Source: an uncultured Gemmatimonadaceae bacterium (GTDB taxonomy: Bacteria > Gemmatimonadota > Gemmatimonadetes > Gemmatimonadales > Gemmatimonadaceae). Taken from it: a DNA stretch of 64,000 bases. Every line of letters starts with the position of its first letter. Positions within the stretch are counted from its first letter, which is position 1. Location of the stretch: assembly GCA_963829055.1 (NCBI GenBank), contig CAWHHI010000012.1, positions 320,001-384,000 on the forward strand, in the 5' to 3' direction. Shown here piece after piece: positions 23,350-34,840 of this stretch. Made by a program: the position numbers and the translations under genes. The notes under the pieces are model-generated. The model worked only from the letters and a program-made list of their open reading frames with translations, had not been told where the DNA came from and made no database searches.

Positions 23350-25135
23350 ATGATCCTCGCGCCGCGCTTCCTGCCACGCCTGGCAGCGACCGTCGGGCTG
23401 TTCACTCGCTACGGGCTCCGTGACTTCGCCCGGCAACAAGGGCTCATCGAGCTCTCGCCCGACGAAGCGGCTGGCCCGCGACGCCACCGAAGGCGACGGC
23501 GCCTCCAATCGCGCGGTCGCATTCCGCAAGCGACTCGTGGAGCTCGGACCCGCGTACGTGAAGCTCGGCCAGGTCCTCTCGACGCGCCCCGATCTCGTAC
23601 CCGAGGCGTACATCGAGCAGTTGCAGCAGCTGCAGGACGACGTCGCACCCGTACCGTTCGCCGAGATCGAGCAGGTCATCCACGACCAGATCGGCGGCCG
23701 GATCAGCAAGTTGTTCGCGACGTTCGACCACACGCCGCTCGCGTCGGCGAGCCTTGGGCAGGCGCATGCGGCGACGCTCCGCGACGGCCGAGCGGTCGTC
23801 GTGAAGGTGCAGCGGCCCGATATCCGGCCGATCCTCGCCGACGACATCGAGTTCTTCCGCGAGCTGGCCAAGTTCCTGTCCGCGCACCTTCGCGCTGGCG
23901 CCCGAGTCGACATGGTCGGCGTCGTACAGCAGCTCGAGCGCGCACTCGCCGACGAGTTGGACTACCGTGTGGAAGCACGCAACATGGCGCTGTTCCGCCG
24001 ATCCCTCGCCGAGTTTCCGCGACTGCTCGTGCCGAAAGTCGTCGAAGCGTACACGCGCGAGCGCGTCCTAACGAGTGAGCGCGTGCGCGGCGTGAAGGTC
24101 AACGAGATTCCACCGCTCGCTCGGCTCGACACGGATCTCTCGCGCCTCGCTGACGAGTTAGGCAAGGCGTACCTCAAGCAGATCGCGATCGACGGACATT
24201 TCCACGCCGACCCGCATCCGGGAAACATCTTCCTCGTCCTCTCCGCCGATGAGAACCCGCGCACGCCGGCGGACATCGTCGCCAACGAGCGACGGGTCGA
24301 GCAGCGCAACACCGAGTCGCCGCTCGCGAAGCTGGAGCAGGTCGCGCAGCGTGAGGCAGCGCCCGCGGCGCCTCCGGACGAGCCACGTCTCGCGATCATC
24401 GACTTCGGCATGACCGCTCGGCTCTCGCCGCCGATGCGCGATCGCATCGTTCGCCTGTTGTTCGCCATGGCCGAGAATCGTGGCGACGACGCCGGTGAGA
24501 CGCTGATCGAGATCGGCGAGCCGATCGCCGACTTCGACCGCACGGCGTTCATTCGCGAGATCGCGTCGCTCATCGCGCACAATCACGAGCGCGCCGTCGG
24601 CGACATGCACGCGGGCCGAGTGCTCTACGACGCGATCAGCATCGCGTATCAGCGCGGCCTCAGGCTTCCCGCCGAGCTCACACTGCTGGCCAAGACGCTG
24701 TTCAGCCTCGACGCGATCACGCGCGCCCTCGATCCGGCCTACAACCCCACCGAAGCCATCCGGTCGTACACGGCCGAGATCATCAACGACCGGGCGCGGC
24801 GTGACTTCTCCCCGGCGCGGCTCGCCCGCGCGGTCGCCCAGTCCACTGAGCTGATCAACGCGCTGCCGCATCGCCTCGATCTCATCACGCAGCACCTGGC
24901 GGCGAACGACATGAGTCTCAAGGTCGACGCGCCCGAGATGTCGACCGTGCTCAAGGGAATGCAGAAGATCGCCAACCGCATCTTCACCGGACTGGTACTC
25001 ACCGGGCTCCTGATCGCGAGTGGGCTCTTGATCAATCAGCGGCCGCGACTCGGCACCACCGGCTTTCTGCTTGCCGGGGGCATCGGGCTCTACATGGTGA
25101 TCTCGATACTCGTCTCCGATCGTCGGCGTGATTAG
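23350..25135 (+). CDS. AarF/UbiB/ABC1 family kinase (frameshift near 23470)
   Basis: LGPAYVKLGQVLSTRPD, LASASLGQAH, VVKVQRP, FHADPHPGN and IDFGM motifs. Confidence 0.92.
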
Positions 25136-25187
25136 AGCCCGTTGACGACTGGGCAGGACCGCGGTTGGTCTCGCGAGTAACACGTCG

Positions 25188-25322
25188 TGAGTTGTCAGTC
25201 CTCGGTCATCAGGTTTCAGTCCCGCCTGGCGAACGGCTACGAACCGCCGTCGCTGCGACTCGCTGGTACTGACGACTCGACTGATGACTGATGACCGACG
25301 ACTGACGCACTGAGGACTCAGG
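25188..25322. repeat. Degenerate (GACTGAT/GACTGAC)-type heptamer repeats with partial inverted copy
   Basis: actgacgactcgactgatgactgatgaccgacgactgac and upstream gtcagtcctcggtcatcag. Confidence 0.55.
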
Positions 25323-25589
25323 ACGGGCGCGAACGTCGCATGCCTGTTCCGCGACCCGTTTCAGCTGTGACGTCCGCACTCAGTGGTTCCGACCTGAGCC
25401 GCGAACCGACACCCCGCCGCCGTCCAGCGTCGCCGCTACGTAGCGGCGGCGCAACCTCGCGAAGTGGCCTGCCCCGTATTGTGACGTTGGGGCTTGAGGG
25501 CAGACCGCCCCATCAAGCCTATTTCGTCTACGCCGCCCTTCATGTTCGGCGTTCCCGCGCCGCGCCTTCGCCCCGACCGCTTCCATCCG

Positions 25590-27999
25590 ATGCTCGATCA
25601 TCTGCGTTCCGATCTTCGCTCCGCCTTCCGGCGGCTCCGCTCGTCACCAGGGTACGCGACGGTCTCCGTCATCACGTTAGGCCTCGGGATCGGGGCCAGC
25701 ACGGCCATCTTCAGCGCCGTGGACGGCGTGCTGCTCAAGTCGCTGCCCTATCGCGACCCGTCGAGCCTCGTGCAGATCTCCGAGACGAATGTGCCGCGGA
25801 ATTTTCCGTCGTTCCCCGTGACACCGGCGAATCTCGCCGATTGGCGCACGCAGGCTCGCTCGTTCTCAGGACTCGCCGCATCGCGTCCGCGACGCGCGAT
25901 TCTGACAACGGCCAACGGCGAGCCGGAACGCGTGCCCGCAGCTGGCGTCAGCACGAACTACTTCCAGCTCCTCGGCGTCGGCACGCACATCGGGCGAACA
26001 TTCGTGGCGTCGGACAGCCTGCCGTCGGCCGAGCGGCCGGTGATCCTCGCGTACAGCTTCTGGCTGCGCCGCTTCGGCGCGGACTCGACACTCATCGGAA
26101 AGCCCATCACGCTCGACGGATCACCGTTCACGGTCATTGGCGTGCTCTCGCCGAGCGTGCGTACGTCGACGCAGTTGTGGACGCCCCTCACGCTACCGCC
26201 GCAGATCATCGCGGATCGGAACGCGCACATGCTCTCGGTTATCGCCCGCGTTGCACCCGGGCGATCGCTCGACGCGGTGCGCCGAGAAATGAGCGCCATC
26301 AGCACGCGGCTCGCTACCGACTACCCCGGCTCGAACAAGGATTGGACGGTCACGATCGTGCCGCTGCTCGACCAGATCGTCGGCAAGCTGCGCCCAGCGT
26401 TGATGGCGTTGATGGCCGCCGTCGTGTTCGTCCTGCTCATTGCCTGCGCGAACGTCGCGAACCTGACGCTCGCCCGCGGCTACGCACGCGCGCGAGAGAT
26501 CGCGGTCCGTGGCGCGCTCGGCGCTGGACGCCGCCGCATTGCCGCACAGATGCTGACAGAGAACGCCGTTATCGCGTTGTTAGGCGGCGCCGTCGGCGTT
26601 GGAATCGCCGCGCTCGGAGTGAAGCTGCTTCGCACGCTCGCACCGACGAATCTGCCGAGGGTCGACGAGATCGCGGTCGACGGACGCGCGCTCGCGTTCG
26701 GCCTGCTCGCCTCGCTCGGCACGGCGGTCGTCTTCGGACTGCTTCCCGCGCTGCAGGGCTCTCGGATGGACCTGTCCAACGCGCTCCGGGAGGAAGGCCG
26801 AGGCGCGTCGATGAGCCGGCGCGCGCGCCTCGTGCAGCGCACGCTGGTCGTCACGCAGATCGCGTTCGCGATGGTACTGCTCTCCGGCGCGACGCTGCTG
26901 TTCCGAAGCTTCGTCTCGCTCGCGAATCGACCGCTCGGATTCGACACCGCGCAGATCGCGACCGCGCAGCTCACGCTTCCGCGACGCGCGTACCCGCGTG
27001 AAGTCGATCAGGTGCGGTACGCGACGACGCTGCTCGAGCGGCTTCAGTCCGAGCGCGGCGTCGAGGCTGCGACGATCTCCGGTGGGATGCCAGGCGGAAA
27101 TTTCACGAATCTGTTCCTGCTCTCGGTCGTCGGGCGACCTGAGCCGGACCCGTCCAACCTCCCGGTCGCGCTCTTCATTCCCGCAACGCCTAACTACTTC
27201 AAGACGCTCGGCATGTCACTCAAGGCCGGCCGCGTTGTTCAGCGATCGGGACGACGCCAGCGCCCCTCCGGTCGCCATCGTCGACGAGCTGTTCGTGCGC
27301 CGCTACCTCGGCGCCGGTGACCCACTCACGCGTCGCGTTATGCTCGCCATCGATGATTCGATTCCCCGTCAGATCATCGGTGTGGTCGCGACAGTGAAGC
27401 AGAACGGCGTCGATGGCGATGAGCAGCCGGCCACCTACCTGCCCTTCGCCCAGGCGCCATCCGCCGACATGAGCGTGCTGGTGCGAGGTAGTGGTGGTGT
27501 CGCGCCACTCGGGGCGATCAAGAGCGTGACGCGCGCGGCAGACCCGGATGTGCCTGTGTATGACATCCAGTCGCTGTCGGATCGCGTGGCCATCGCCGTC
27601 GGGCCGACGCGCTTCTACACCGTGCTCGCGAGCGTCTTCGCGATCATCGCGGTGACGCTCGGTGCCATCGGCGTCTATGGTGTGCTCGCCGACACCGTCT
27701 CTCGCCGACGTCGCGAGCTCGGGATCCGCGTCGCGCTCGGGGCGGCGCCCAGGACGCTCGTTGGCGGCGTGCTCATGGACGGCGCTCGCCTCGCGGGTGT
27801 TGGCGTCGGCGTCGGACTGCTGGCGAGTGTGTGGACCGGCGGCGCGTTGCGGGCGCTACTCGTGGACGTCGGCGCGCGCGATCCGATCGCGCTTGGAGGG
27901 TCTGCCGTCATCTTCGCAGTGGTCGCGCTCGTCGCGTCGTTAGGCCCGGCGGCCCGGGCGGTTCGTGCCGATCCCATCGAGGCGCTCCGGGCGGACTGA
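25590..27999 (+). CDS. ABC transporter permease, ADOP/MacB-like duplicated permease (frameshift near 27235)
   Basis: LGLGIGASTAIFSAVDGVLL, LLIACANVANL, REIAVRGALGAGR, RELGIRVALGA and DPIEALRAD motifs. Confidence 0.92.
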
Positions 28000-28104
28000 G
28001 CCCGTCCAGAGCGGCGTCCGTCAACAGCGGCGGCCTCTTCCGCTGCGTGCAGCGCGGTTTCTTAACGCGTGTCGACCTCTGCCGTGAACCCAGTCCCGCT
28101 CAGC

Positions 28105-28980
28105 ATGCGTCTACGCACCGTTGCGACCATCGCGCTCGCTCTTCCGTCGTCCGCTCTCGCTCAGATCCGCGCCAGCGAGATCGGCACGATGTCGCAGATC
28201 ATTGACGGCACCAAGCTGACGATGGAATACTCTCGCCCACGCACGCGCGGCCGGGAGCCCCTCTTCGGCGGACGCGTGGTGCGATGGAACGAGGTGTGGA
28301 CGCCAGGCGCGAACTGGGCAACGACCCTCGAGACGAACAAACACTTCACGCTCAACGGCCGGCCGGTGCCGAAGGGCAAGTATTCCGTCTGGCTCATCGT
28401 GAAGCAGAACGCCGACTGGACCATGATTCTCGATCCGCGCGTGCGTCGATATCACGAGGACCCACCCGACTCGACCGGCGACCAGATCCGATTCCCGGTT
28501 CGCCCGACGACGGGCCCGTTCGCTGAGGTGCTGACGTGGTCGGTGCCGGCCGTGACGGCGACTGGCGGGACACTGGCGATGAACTGGGGCACCACCGCGA
28601 TCGCAATGGACGTGGCGGTCGAGCCGTCGTTCCGGACGACGATGGACGCAGCAGACGCGGCGCCGTTCCTCGGGCGCTACGACTACACGTCTCTGATTGC
28701 GCCGGACAGCGGGAAGCGGAGCGTACTGATCGTGACGTACGAGGACAGCACACTCAAGGGCCGCTGGGAGCCTAACGACCCGTACTTCCGGAAGTTCGCG
28801 CTGATCCGCATTGCGCCGAACTGGTTCGCGCCGGGCGTGTATGACGAGAACGGCCGGATCTACGAGGTCTACAAGCCCGAGATGACGTTCGAATTCACCG
28901 TCACGGCAGGCAAGGCTGTTTCAGTCGAAGAACGTGGTGAGGACGATAAGGTGGAAGCTACCGGCAAGCGGAAGCCGTAA
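28105..28980 (+). CDS. DUF2911 domain-containing exported protein
   Basis: Signal peptide, YSRPRTRGR..LFGG..VWTPGANWAT, VPKGKYS. Confidence 0.8.
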   Translation: MRLRTVATIALALPSSALAQIRASEIGTMSQIIDGTKLTMEYSRPRTRGREPLFGGRVVRWNEVWTPGANWATTLETNKHFTLNGRPVPKGKYSVWLIVKQNADWTMILDPRVRRYHEDPPDSTGDQIRFPVRPTTGPFAEVLTWSVPAVTATGGTLAMNWGTTAIAMDVAVEPSFRTTMDAADAAPFLGRYDYTSLIAPDSGKRSVLIVTYEDSTLKGRWEPNDPYFRKFALIRIAPNWFAPGVYDENGRIYEVYKPEMTFEFTVTAGKAVSVEERGEDDKVEATGKRKP

Positions 28981-29031
28981 GTTCGATGCGACTACCGCCG
29001 TCCGCCTTCCTCCCTCCGCCTTCCGCGCCGC

Positions 29032-29580
29032 CTAGCGGCCGCTCCTCGCCAGCATGCGCGACCGCAGAATGCCGAGCCGGCGGCGCACGGAGCCGTCCAT
29101 CACGCGATCGCCAACCCGGACGATGATACCGCCCAGAATGTTCGGGTTGATGCGCACCTGCGGGACGACCGTCTTGCCTAACGTGTGACTCAGCTGGCGG
29201 GCGATCTCGGCCCGCTGCTCGTCATCGACGTCCCTGGCGAGCGTCACCTGCGCGTGGATCCGCCCCTCCACCTCATCCACCAAATCGCGATACTCGTTCG
29301 CGATGTCGGGGATGAGCATCTGGCGCCGATTCATCACCAGGCGCTGCAGGAACCGCAGGAACAGGCGCGGCGCACGATCCTCGTACGCCTTGGACAGCAC
29401 GGCGTTCTTCTCGTCGGCCGAGACCTGCGGGGCCTCGAGAAACCGGCGAAGGCGATCGTCGCGCTCCATCGCATTCGCGACGTCGTCGATCAGCCGACCC
29501 CAGGCCGGCAGGTCGTCCGCCTTCCGCGCCAGCATGAGCAGCGCCTCGGCATAGTTGCGCGCGATCGTTGCGTCGCGCAT
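29032..29580 (-). CDS. atpH: ATP synthase subunit delta
   Basis: IARNYAEAL, ILGGIIVRVGDRVMDGSV. Confidence 0.95.
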   Translation of the reverse strand: MRDATIARNYAEALLMLARKADDLPAWGRLIDDVANAMERDDRLRRFLEAPQVSADEKNAVLSKAYEDRAPRLFLRFLQRLVMNRRQMLIPDIANEYRDLVDEVEGRIHAQVTLARDVDDEQRAEIARQLSHTLGKTVVPQVRINPNILGGIIVRVGDRVMDGSVRRRLGILRSRMLARSGR

Positions 29581-30170
29581 CAGCCGTGGCCTCGCGCCGA
29601 CGTCGGCACGGTGGAGAGGAAGCTCTCGACGAGCTTGCGGTTCGTCTGATCGTCGAGGTTTCGCTCGATGACTCGTGAGGCGCCGGCGAGCGCGAGATCC
29701 ACGGCCTCGCGGCGCAGATCAGCAATGGCGCGCAGACGCTCGTTGTTGATCTCGACGCGAGCGCGCTCCAGCAATTCCTGCTGCTGGTGCTTCGTCTGCT
29801 CGAGCATGTCGCTGCGGAGCTTCTCACCCGTCGTGCGCCCCTCGGCGATCACGCGCTGCGCCTCGGCGCGTGCGGCCTCGAGTGCCTTGATCTGCTCGGC
29901 CAACTGACGTGCGGCCTCCTCGCGGTCCCGCTTCGCGCCCTGGATCGCTTCTTCGAGCGCGCGCTCGCGCGCTTCGACTGCGGCCGTCAACGGCCGAAAC
30001 GCAAAGCGCCGAAGTACAAAGAACAGAACGACGAAGATGATGAGCGTCCAGAACATCAGCCCCGTGTTGGGCGCGAGCAGGTTCACCGGCTCATGTCCCG
30101 CCGATTCCTGCGCGATGAGCGGGGTAGCGGCGGCGAGCGAACCGGCGGTTGCAGTCAGTAGAGAGCGCAT
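29580..30170 (-). CDS. atpF: ATP synthase F0 subunit b
   Basis: PNTGLMFWTLIIF TM helix followed by a coiled coil. Confidence 0.93.
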   Translation of the reverse strand: MRSLLTATAGSLAAATPLIAQESAGHEPVNLLAPNTGLMFWTLIIFVVLFFVLRRFAFRPLTAAVEARERALEEAIQGAKRDREEAARQLAEQIKALEAARAEAQRVIAEGRTTGEKLRSDMLEQTKHQQQELLERARVEINNERLRAIADLRREAVDLALAGASRVIERNLDDQTNRKLVESFLSTVPTSARGHG

Positions 30171-30218
30171 TGGTGACCGTGTATGAAGACTCGGGCTCGT
30201 CGGCCCATGCATGTGACG

Positions 30219-30257
30219 AAAAAGCATGCAGGCGCCTCTCCGGGGAGACGCCTGCAT
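30219..30257 (-). terminator. Terminator-like hairpin between atpE and atpF
   Basis: atgcaggcg(c)ctc...gagacgcctgcat stem followed on the minus strand by GCTTTTT. Confidence 0.6.
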
Positions 30258-30264
30258 CAAACCG

Positions 30265-30537
30265 TTAGAGCTTGCCAGCGATCTGGAACGCGATGACAGC
30301 CGCGAACAGCGCGACGCCTTCGATGAGCGCCGCGAGAATCAGCGCCGCTGTCTGAATGCGGCCAGCCGCTTCCGGCTGACGCGCCATGCCTTCAACCGCC
30401 TGGCCGCCAATGCGACCGATACCGAGGCCCGCGCCGATGACGGCGAGACCAGCGCCCAGACCAGCGCCGATGAAGCCCAGTCCGCGGCTGTTGCTCGTCG
30501 CTTCCGCGGCAACCTGGAGCAAGGAGTACATGGTCAT
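30265..30537 (-). CDS. atpE: ATP synthase F0 subunit c
   Basis: GAGLGIG, ARQPEA, ALIEGVALF. Confidence 0.97.
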   Translation of the reverse strand: MTMYSLLQVAAEATSNSRGLGFIGAGLGAGLAVIGAGLGIGRIGGQAVEGMARQPEAAGRIQTAALILAALIEGVALFAAVIAFQIAGKL

Positions 30538-30695
30538 GAAATTCTCCGAACCGTTGAAATTCGAACTGCATTCAGCCCCGCGCCGTTAGGCGCTGCTCGT
30601 CCTCGAGGCCCGGGCCTCAACGAGCTTCTCCAGCCGCTCGGCTGGATACCACCCTCGCGCTGGAGCGCCTGGCTCACGAGGGTCGAACAGTGCGG

Positions 30696-30767
30696 TCATT
30701 CCGAGCGAGCGGAGCCGGGTGCCCACCGCCGGGTGGGCGCTCGAGGCATCGTTCGCTCGGAATGACA
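30696..30767. repeat. GTCATTCCGAGCG-type REP-like palindrome
   Basis: gtcattccgagcga ... tcgctcggaatgac, between atpB and atpE. Confidence 0.75.
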
Positions 30768-30770
30768 AAC

Positions 30771-31779
30771 TCAGTGGCCGCCCTCTCGAATAAGCCCGAT
30801 GAACACACTCGACAGGAGCGTGAAGATGTAGGCCTGCAGTAACGCCACGAAGAGCTCGAGCATCATGATGAGGACCGCCATGACGAACGGCGCGGTGGCG
30901 ACAAGCCAGCTGTTGAAGACGAAGATGAGTCCGATGAGCGCGAGCACGACGATGTGTCCAGCCGTCATATTCGCGAACAATCGGATCGCGAGCGCGAAGG
31001 GCTTCGTGAACTTGCTCAGTATTTCCACTGGCGTCATGATCACGAACATCGGAATGCGCATCAGCCAGCGGCAGTTCCTTGTTCCAGTAGAACACCGTAT
31101 TCAGATAGCCGACGCCTTGCGCCTTCATGCCCGCGATCTCGACGACGATGAACGTGATGATCGCGAGCGTCGCCGTAACAGAGATATTCCCGGTCGCGGT
31201 GGACAGGTACGGGATGAGTCCGAGCAGGTTCGCCGTGAGAATGAAGAAGAAGAGCGTCAGGCCGAATGGCACGAACGCGTTGCCATGATGGCCAACGTTA
31301 GGCAGGACAACCTCGTTCCGCAGATATAACACCATCGACTCGATTCCAGCAGCGAACCCTTTGGGGTGGCCTGTCTGCTGCGTGTGGCGCACGTGCGCTT
31401 GCGCTGAGCCCACGAGGACCAGCGTCGCGATGGTGGCCGCGAGCAGCAGCATCACGACGTGCTTGGTCGGCGAGAAGTTGACCTCGAACCGGCCAATCTG
31501 CACCGGATCCCACAGCGGTCCGCATTCGCCGTTCGCCGTGTGACGACCGAGGCAGACCTCCTTCGACCAATGCGAGTTCACCCACGGGAACTCCAGCTCG
31601 TAGGAATCCGTGATGTGCGGCGTGATGATGTCGACGGCTTCGGCAGTCGGCTCCTGCGCCGTCAACCGTGAGGTCGCGAGCACACTACCACCGAGCGCCA
31701 TGATCGCAGCGACCAGCAGGAAGCGGAGTCCGGAAGCGCGCCGAAGCGACGAGGCGAGGAGTCGGTCGAACGATCTCAT
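30771..31779 (-). CDS. atpB: ATP synthase F0 subunit a (frameshift near 31065)
   Basis: [41 protein letters not shown]. Confidence 0.95.
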
Positions 31780-31783
31780 GAAA

Positions 31784-32131
31784 TCAGCTCTGGAGGAGCA
31801 GCGGTTCGATCAGCGTCGAAATGAAGAAGAAGGCGGCCAGGCTGATGAGCGCGGCGCCTGATGGAAGTCCGAGTGCCTTCACGAACACGAGCGCGTACAC
31901 GCCGAGCACGGCAAAGCGCATGATCGCACCGATGCCATATCCCGCGATGACGTTCGTCTTGGCGGACAGCTTGATCACCGCGAACGTTAGCACTTGAACG
32001 ACAAACGCCACGGCCGCGCTCGTCCACACAGCCCGCGCGGCGTCGGGCGATTCATACACGAACGTGAACGCCCACCCGGCCAGGGCAATCAGCACGAGGG
32101 TCGCGGCGGCGAACAGGGCGACGGGTCTCAC
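31784..32131 (-). CDS. Four-TM membrane protein at the AtpI position
   Basis: Hydrophobic 115-aa ORF directly upstream of atpB. Confidence 0.7.
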   Translation of the reverse strand: MRPVALFAAATLVLIALAGWAFTFVYESPDAARAVWTSAAVAFVVQVLTFAVIKLSAKTNVIAGYGIGAIMRFAVLGVYALVFVKALGLPSGAALISLAAFFFISTLIEPLLLQS

Positions 32132-32532
32132 GCGGAACCTCCGGGATCGAGCGGTTCACGCGGGTCGCGGCGCTCAGCTGGGGACGACTCAGCCGCGGCG
32201 CGCTTCCGCGCTCGCTTCGCTTCCTCGTCGCGCTCCAGATTTCCCATGAGCTGCCGATACATGCTGTAGAAGGCGGCGCCTGCGCCGAGAAACACGGCGA
32301 GGTACACGAACGCGCTCGATCCAAACTTCCGATCGAGCCAGCTGCCAAGCCAGAGACTGACGAGGATCGTGATCGCGAACTGAAGCCCGACTCCAGCATA
32401 TCGCGCGGCGTCGCTTCGCTCGCGCCGTTCCGGATCGGAAGGCAGCGCTGGCGGCGAGGCGGCCGGCAACTGTTGCCGGTTTCTATCCGCCCGCCCACGT
32501 TCGGACGAGGGTGTTTCTGGATCCCCACTCAT
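32128..32532 (-). CDS. AtpZ/AtpI family protein
   Basis: YAGVGLQFAITI..LGSWLDRKFGS..FLGAGAAFYSMYR. Confidence 0.8.
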   Translation of the reverse strand: MSGDPETPSSERGRADRNRQQLPAASPPALPSDPERRERSDAARYAGVGLQFAITILVSLWLGSWLDRKFGSSAFVYLAVFLGAGAAFYSMYRQLMGNLERDEEAKRARKRAAAESSPAERRDPREPLDPGGSA

Positions 32533-32553
32533 TCCGCGCGGGAATTTAGGACT

Positions 32554-32571
32554 TTGTGAAATTTTTCGCAA
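32554..32571. promoter_or_regulatory. Rex operator (one mismatch) upstream of the atp operon
   Basis: TTGTGAA-ATTT-TTCGCAA, 21 nt upstream of the first atp gene. Confidence 0.7.
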
Positions 32572-32751
32572 GCTCGCCCCGAGCCGCCATCGAGCTACGC
32601 ACATAACGCTTGAGGCCGTTTCACCAAATGCACGAATCATCACGACTTAAGTGTTACCTACTGCCTTGACCGTGCGTCACGCTGTTGATAGGTTTGGCCG
32701 CAACAAGTACGTGAGGCCGAGCCCGCCGCCCGTCGCCCCGACCGTCTGTAA

Positions 32752-33219
32752 ATGCGTCTTCGGTACGTTCTTCCGCTCCTGGTAGCTTCTGCCCTGGCGT
32801 TCGCCTATGCGTCGCCTTCGCCGTCGCATTCGTACGAACCCGTGCGCCGTCATGTCGTCCGGGACACGATCGCGTCGTCCCTCGACGTCAAGCTCGGCGA
32901 GGACGTGAAGTTCAGCTTCCACGTCACCAATAGCTCCAACAAGCGCGTAGAACTTCGCTTCCCCAGCGGCAAGACGCACGATGTCGCCGTCCTGGACGGC
33001 CAGGGTCGCGAGGTTTGGCGCTGGAGCCAGGGTCGGATGTTCACCCAAGCGATGCAGAACAAGGTGCTCGCCGCCAGCGACACGATCACGTTCACCGAGA
33101 CATGGCGGCCCGAGCACGCCGGCAGCTACACCGTAGTAGCCTCCCTGCTCAGCCAGAACTACCCCTCCGAGCAGCGCGCCGAGTTCTCTCTGCCGAGCAA
33201 GACAGTCAGCCTGCGGTAG
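32752..33219 (+). CDS. BsuPI-related putative proteinase inhibitor domain protein
   Basis: Signal peptide, ELRFPSGK..D..EVWRWSQGRMFTQA. Confidence 0.8.
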   Translation: MRLRYVLPLLVASALAFAYASPSPSHSYEPVRRHVVRDTIASSLDVKLGEDVKFSFHVTNSSNKRVELRFPSGKTHDVAVLDGQGREVWRWSQGRMFTQAMQNKVLAASDTITFTETWRPEHAGSYTVVASLLSQNYPSEQRAEFSLPSKTVSLR

Positions 33220-33237
33220 GCAGCGGCACCACCGCGG

Positions 33238-34764
33238 CTACCGCGCGAGATCTGCCCAGGGAGTTGCCGGCAGATGCTCACTGAACACGCGCTCGACATC
33301 GAGCCCCTCACGCTTCACCAGACGCGCGAGCTCGGCGCGATAGGCGCCAGAGAACACCGGCTCGAACGCATCCGGTATCACGACATCGCTCGCATAGAGC
33401 AGCCGTCGCGCCGGTAGCCACACGAGCATCATCGCGGCCGAGTGCTGCCCGCGCGCTGGGCGAAGCTCGAGGCGCTCATCGCCTGTACCGAGCGTGAGCG
33501 CCCGTGAGACCGAACGAACGGTCGGCTGTGTGTGCGCCTTCGCGAGTGAGTCCGGCGCTTGGGCATGTGGCGCCGCGAGCAGCGCCTGCACGACCGGCGT
33601 TCCGACATCCGTCACGTAGATGGGAATCCCGCGCGCGGCGTATTCGCGGAGACCGCCTGCATGCATCCACATGGGCGACGTGTTGATCACCGCCTTCACG
33701 CGCATACCCGGCCAGCGCGTCGCAACGTCGGCCAGCACAGCCCTGCTCTTCGCGTTCGATTCCGGCGCCTCGATGATCACGATGCCATCGCGCTGACGGA
33801 CCGCCGCGGACTGATAGCCGCCCTGGTAGAGCACCACGCCGTCCGCGAGATCGACCGGAGTCAACTTCACGTTAGGCCCGCGCCCGGTGGCTGCGCGCTC
33901 AGCACCAAGACGGGTCGCGAACGCCAGGCGCACGCTGTCCGGGATTGCGACCGAGTCCGCGGGGACGTCGCTGTCGAGGTCGAGCGCGGTAACGACAAGC
34001 TCGCGGAACGGCTCGCCGTTGAGCGTCGTCGATCGCTGGCGCGGGTACCAGACACCGCGGCGTTCGAGCGCCCATGCCGACCACGTCGTCACGAAGCGCA
34101 CGTCGCCCCACATGGCCCAGAAGACGTAGCTCGGGTACGCTCGCACCAGCTCGACGCGCGTCGGGAACGCACTCTCCGCATCGATGAACAGGCGCACCGG
34201 CGCGCCATCGAGACCTAACGACACGACGCGATGCGTGATGCCACCCAGTACTGTGTCACGCCCGAGGCGCAGATCCCGCGCGTCGAGCGCGGTGAGCAAT
34301 ACGCGCTCGGGAGAAAGCGCGAGCTCCTCGCTGGCGGTAGTGAGGTCGACGTTCGCGCCCATCACCAACGCCGTTCCGCGAATCGCGGCCGGTACTCCTC
34401 GGTTCACGATCGTCGTCGTGGTGAACCGACCGGCGCGCATGGGCACGGCCTGCACGAGCGTGCGACGCAGCACGCTGTCGTTGCCCGACCTCAGTGTCGT
34501 CACGGTCTCCGAGATGACACGCGGTGGTGCATCGCCCCGCGTGATCGTCGACACCAGATATTCGGAGCCGACTTCTTCGACCCGCACGCCGCGAAGTGCG
34601 CGGAGGCGATCGATGCCGCCTATCGCTTCGGCGCTCGCGAGTACGACGTCGCGCGCTGTCTGTGCTCGGCGCGGCGCCGGATTGGGCCTGCGAGTGACAA
34701 CCGCGGAGGAAAGGGAGAAGGCGAAGCCGGCGGCGAGGACGGCAGTGGTCGCGGAGCGTAGCAT
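33238..34764 (-). CDS. Exported protein with degenerate MBL-fold C-terminal domain
   Basis: Signal peptide; GIVIIEAP..VKAVINTSPMWMHAGGLREY (HxHxDH degenerate), LLYASD. Confidence 0.7.
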   Translation of the reverse strand: MLRSATTAVLAAGFAFSLSSAVVTRRPNPAPRRAQTARDVVLASAEAIGGIDRLRALRGVRVEEVGSEYLVSTITRGDAPPRVISETVTTLRSGNDSVLRRTLVQAVPMRAGRFTTTTIVNRGVPAAIRGTALVMGANVDLTTASEELALSPERVLLTALDARDLRLGRDTVLGGITHRVVSLGLDGAPVRLFIDAESAFPTRVELVRAYPSYVFWAMWGDVRFVTTWSAWALERRGVWYPRQRSTTLNGEPFRELVVTALDLDSDVPADSVAIPDSVRLAFATRLGAERAATGRGPNVKLTPVDLADGVVLYQGGYQSAAVRQRDGIVIIEAPESNAKSRAVLADVATRWPGMRVKAVINTSPMWMHAGGLREYAARGIPIYVTDVGTPVVQALLAAPHAQAPDSLAKAHTQPTVRSVSRALTLGTGDERLELRPARGQHSAAMMLVWLPARRLLYASDVVIPDAFEPVFSGAYRAELARLVKREGLDVERVFSEHLPATPWADLAR

Positions 34765-34840
34765 GAAGGCGGGACGGAGGACGGGTGACAGGTGACGAGC
34801 GCCCACTATGGCCCGACTGCTTCCGCCCTGCCCTGCTCAT

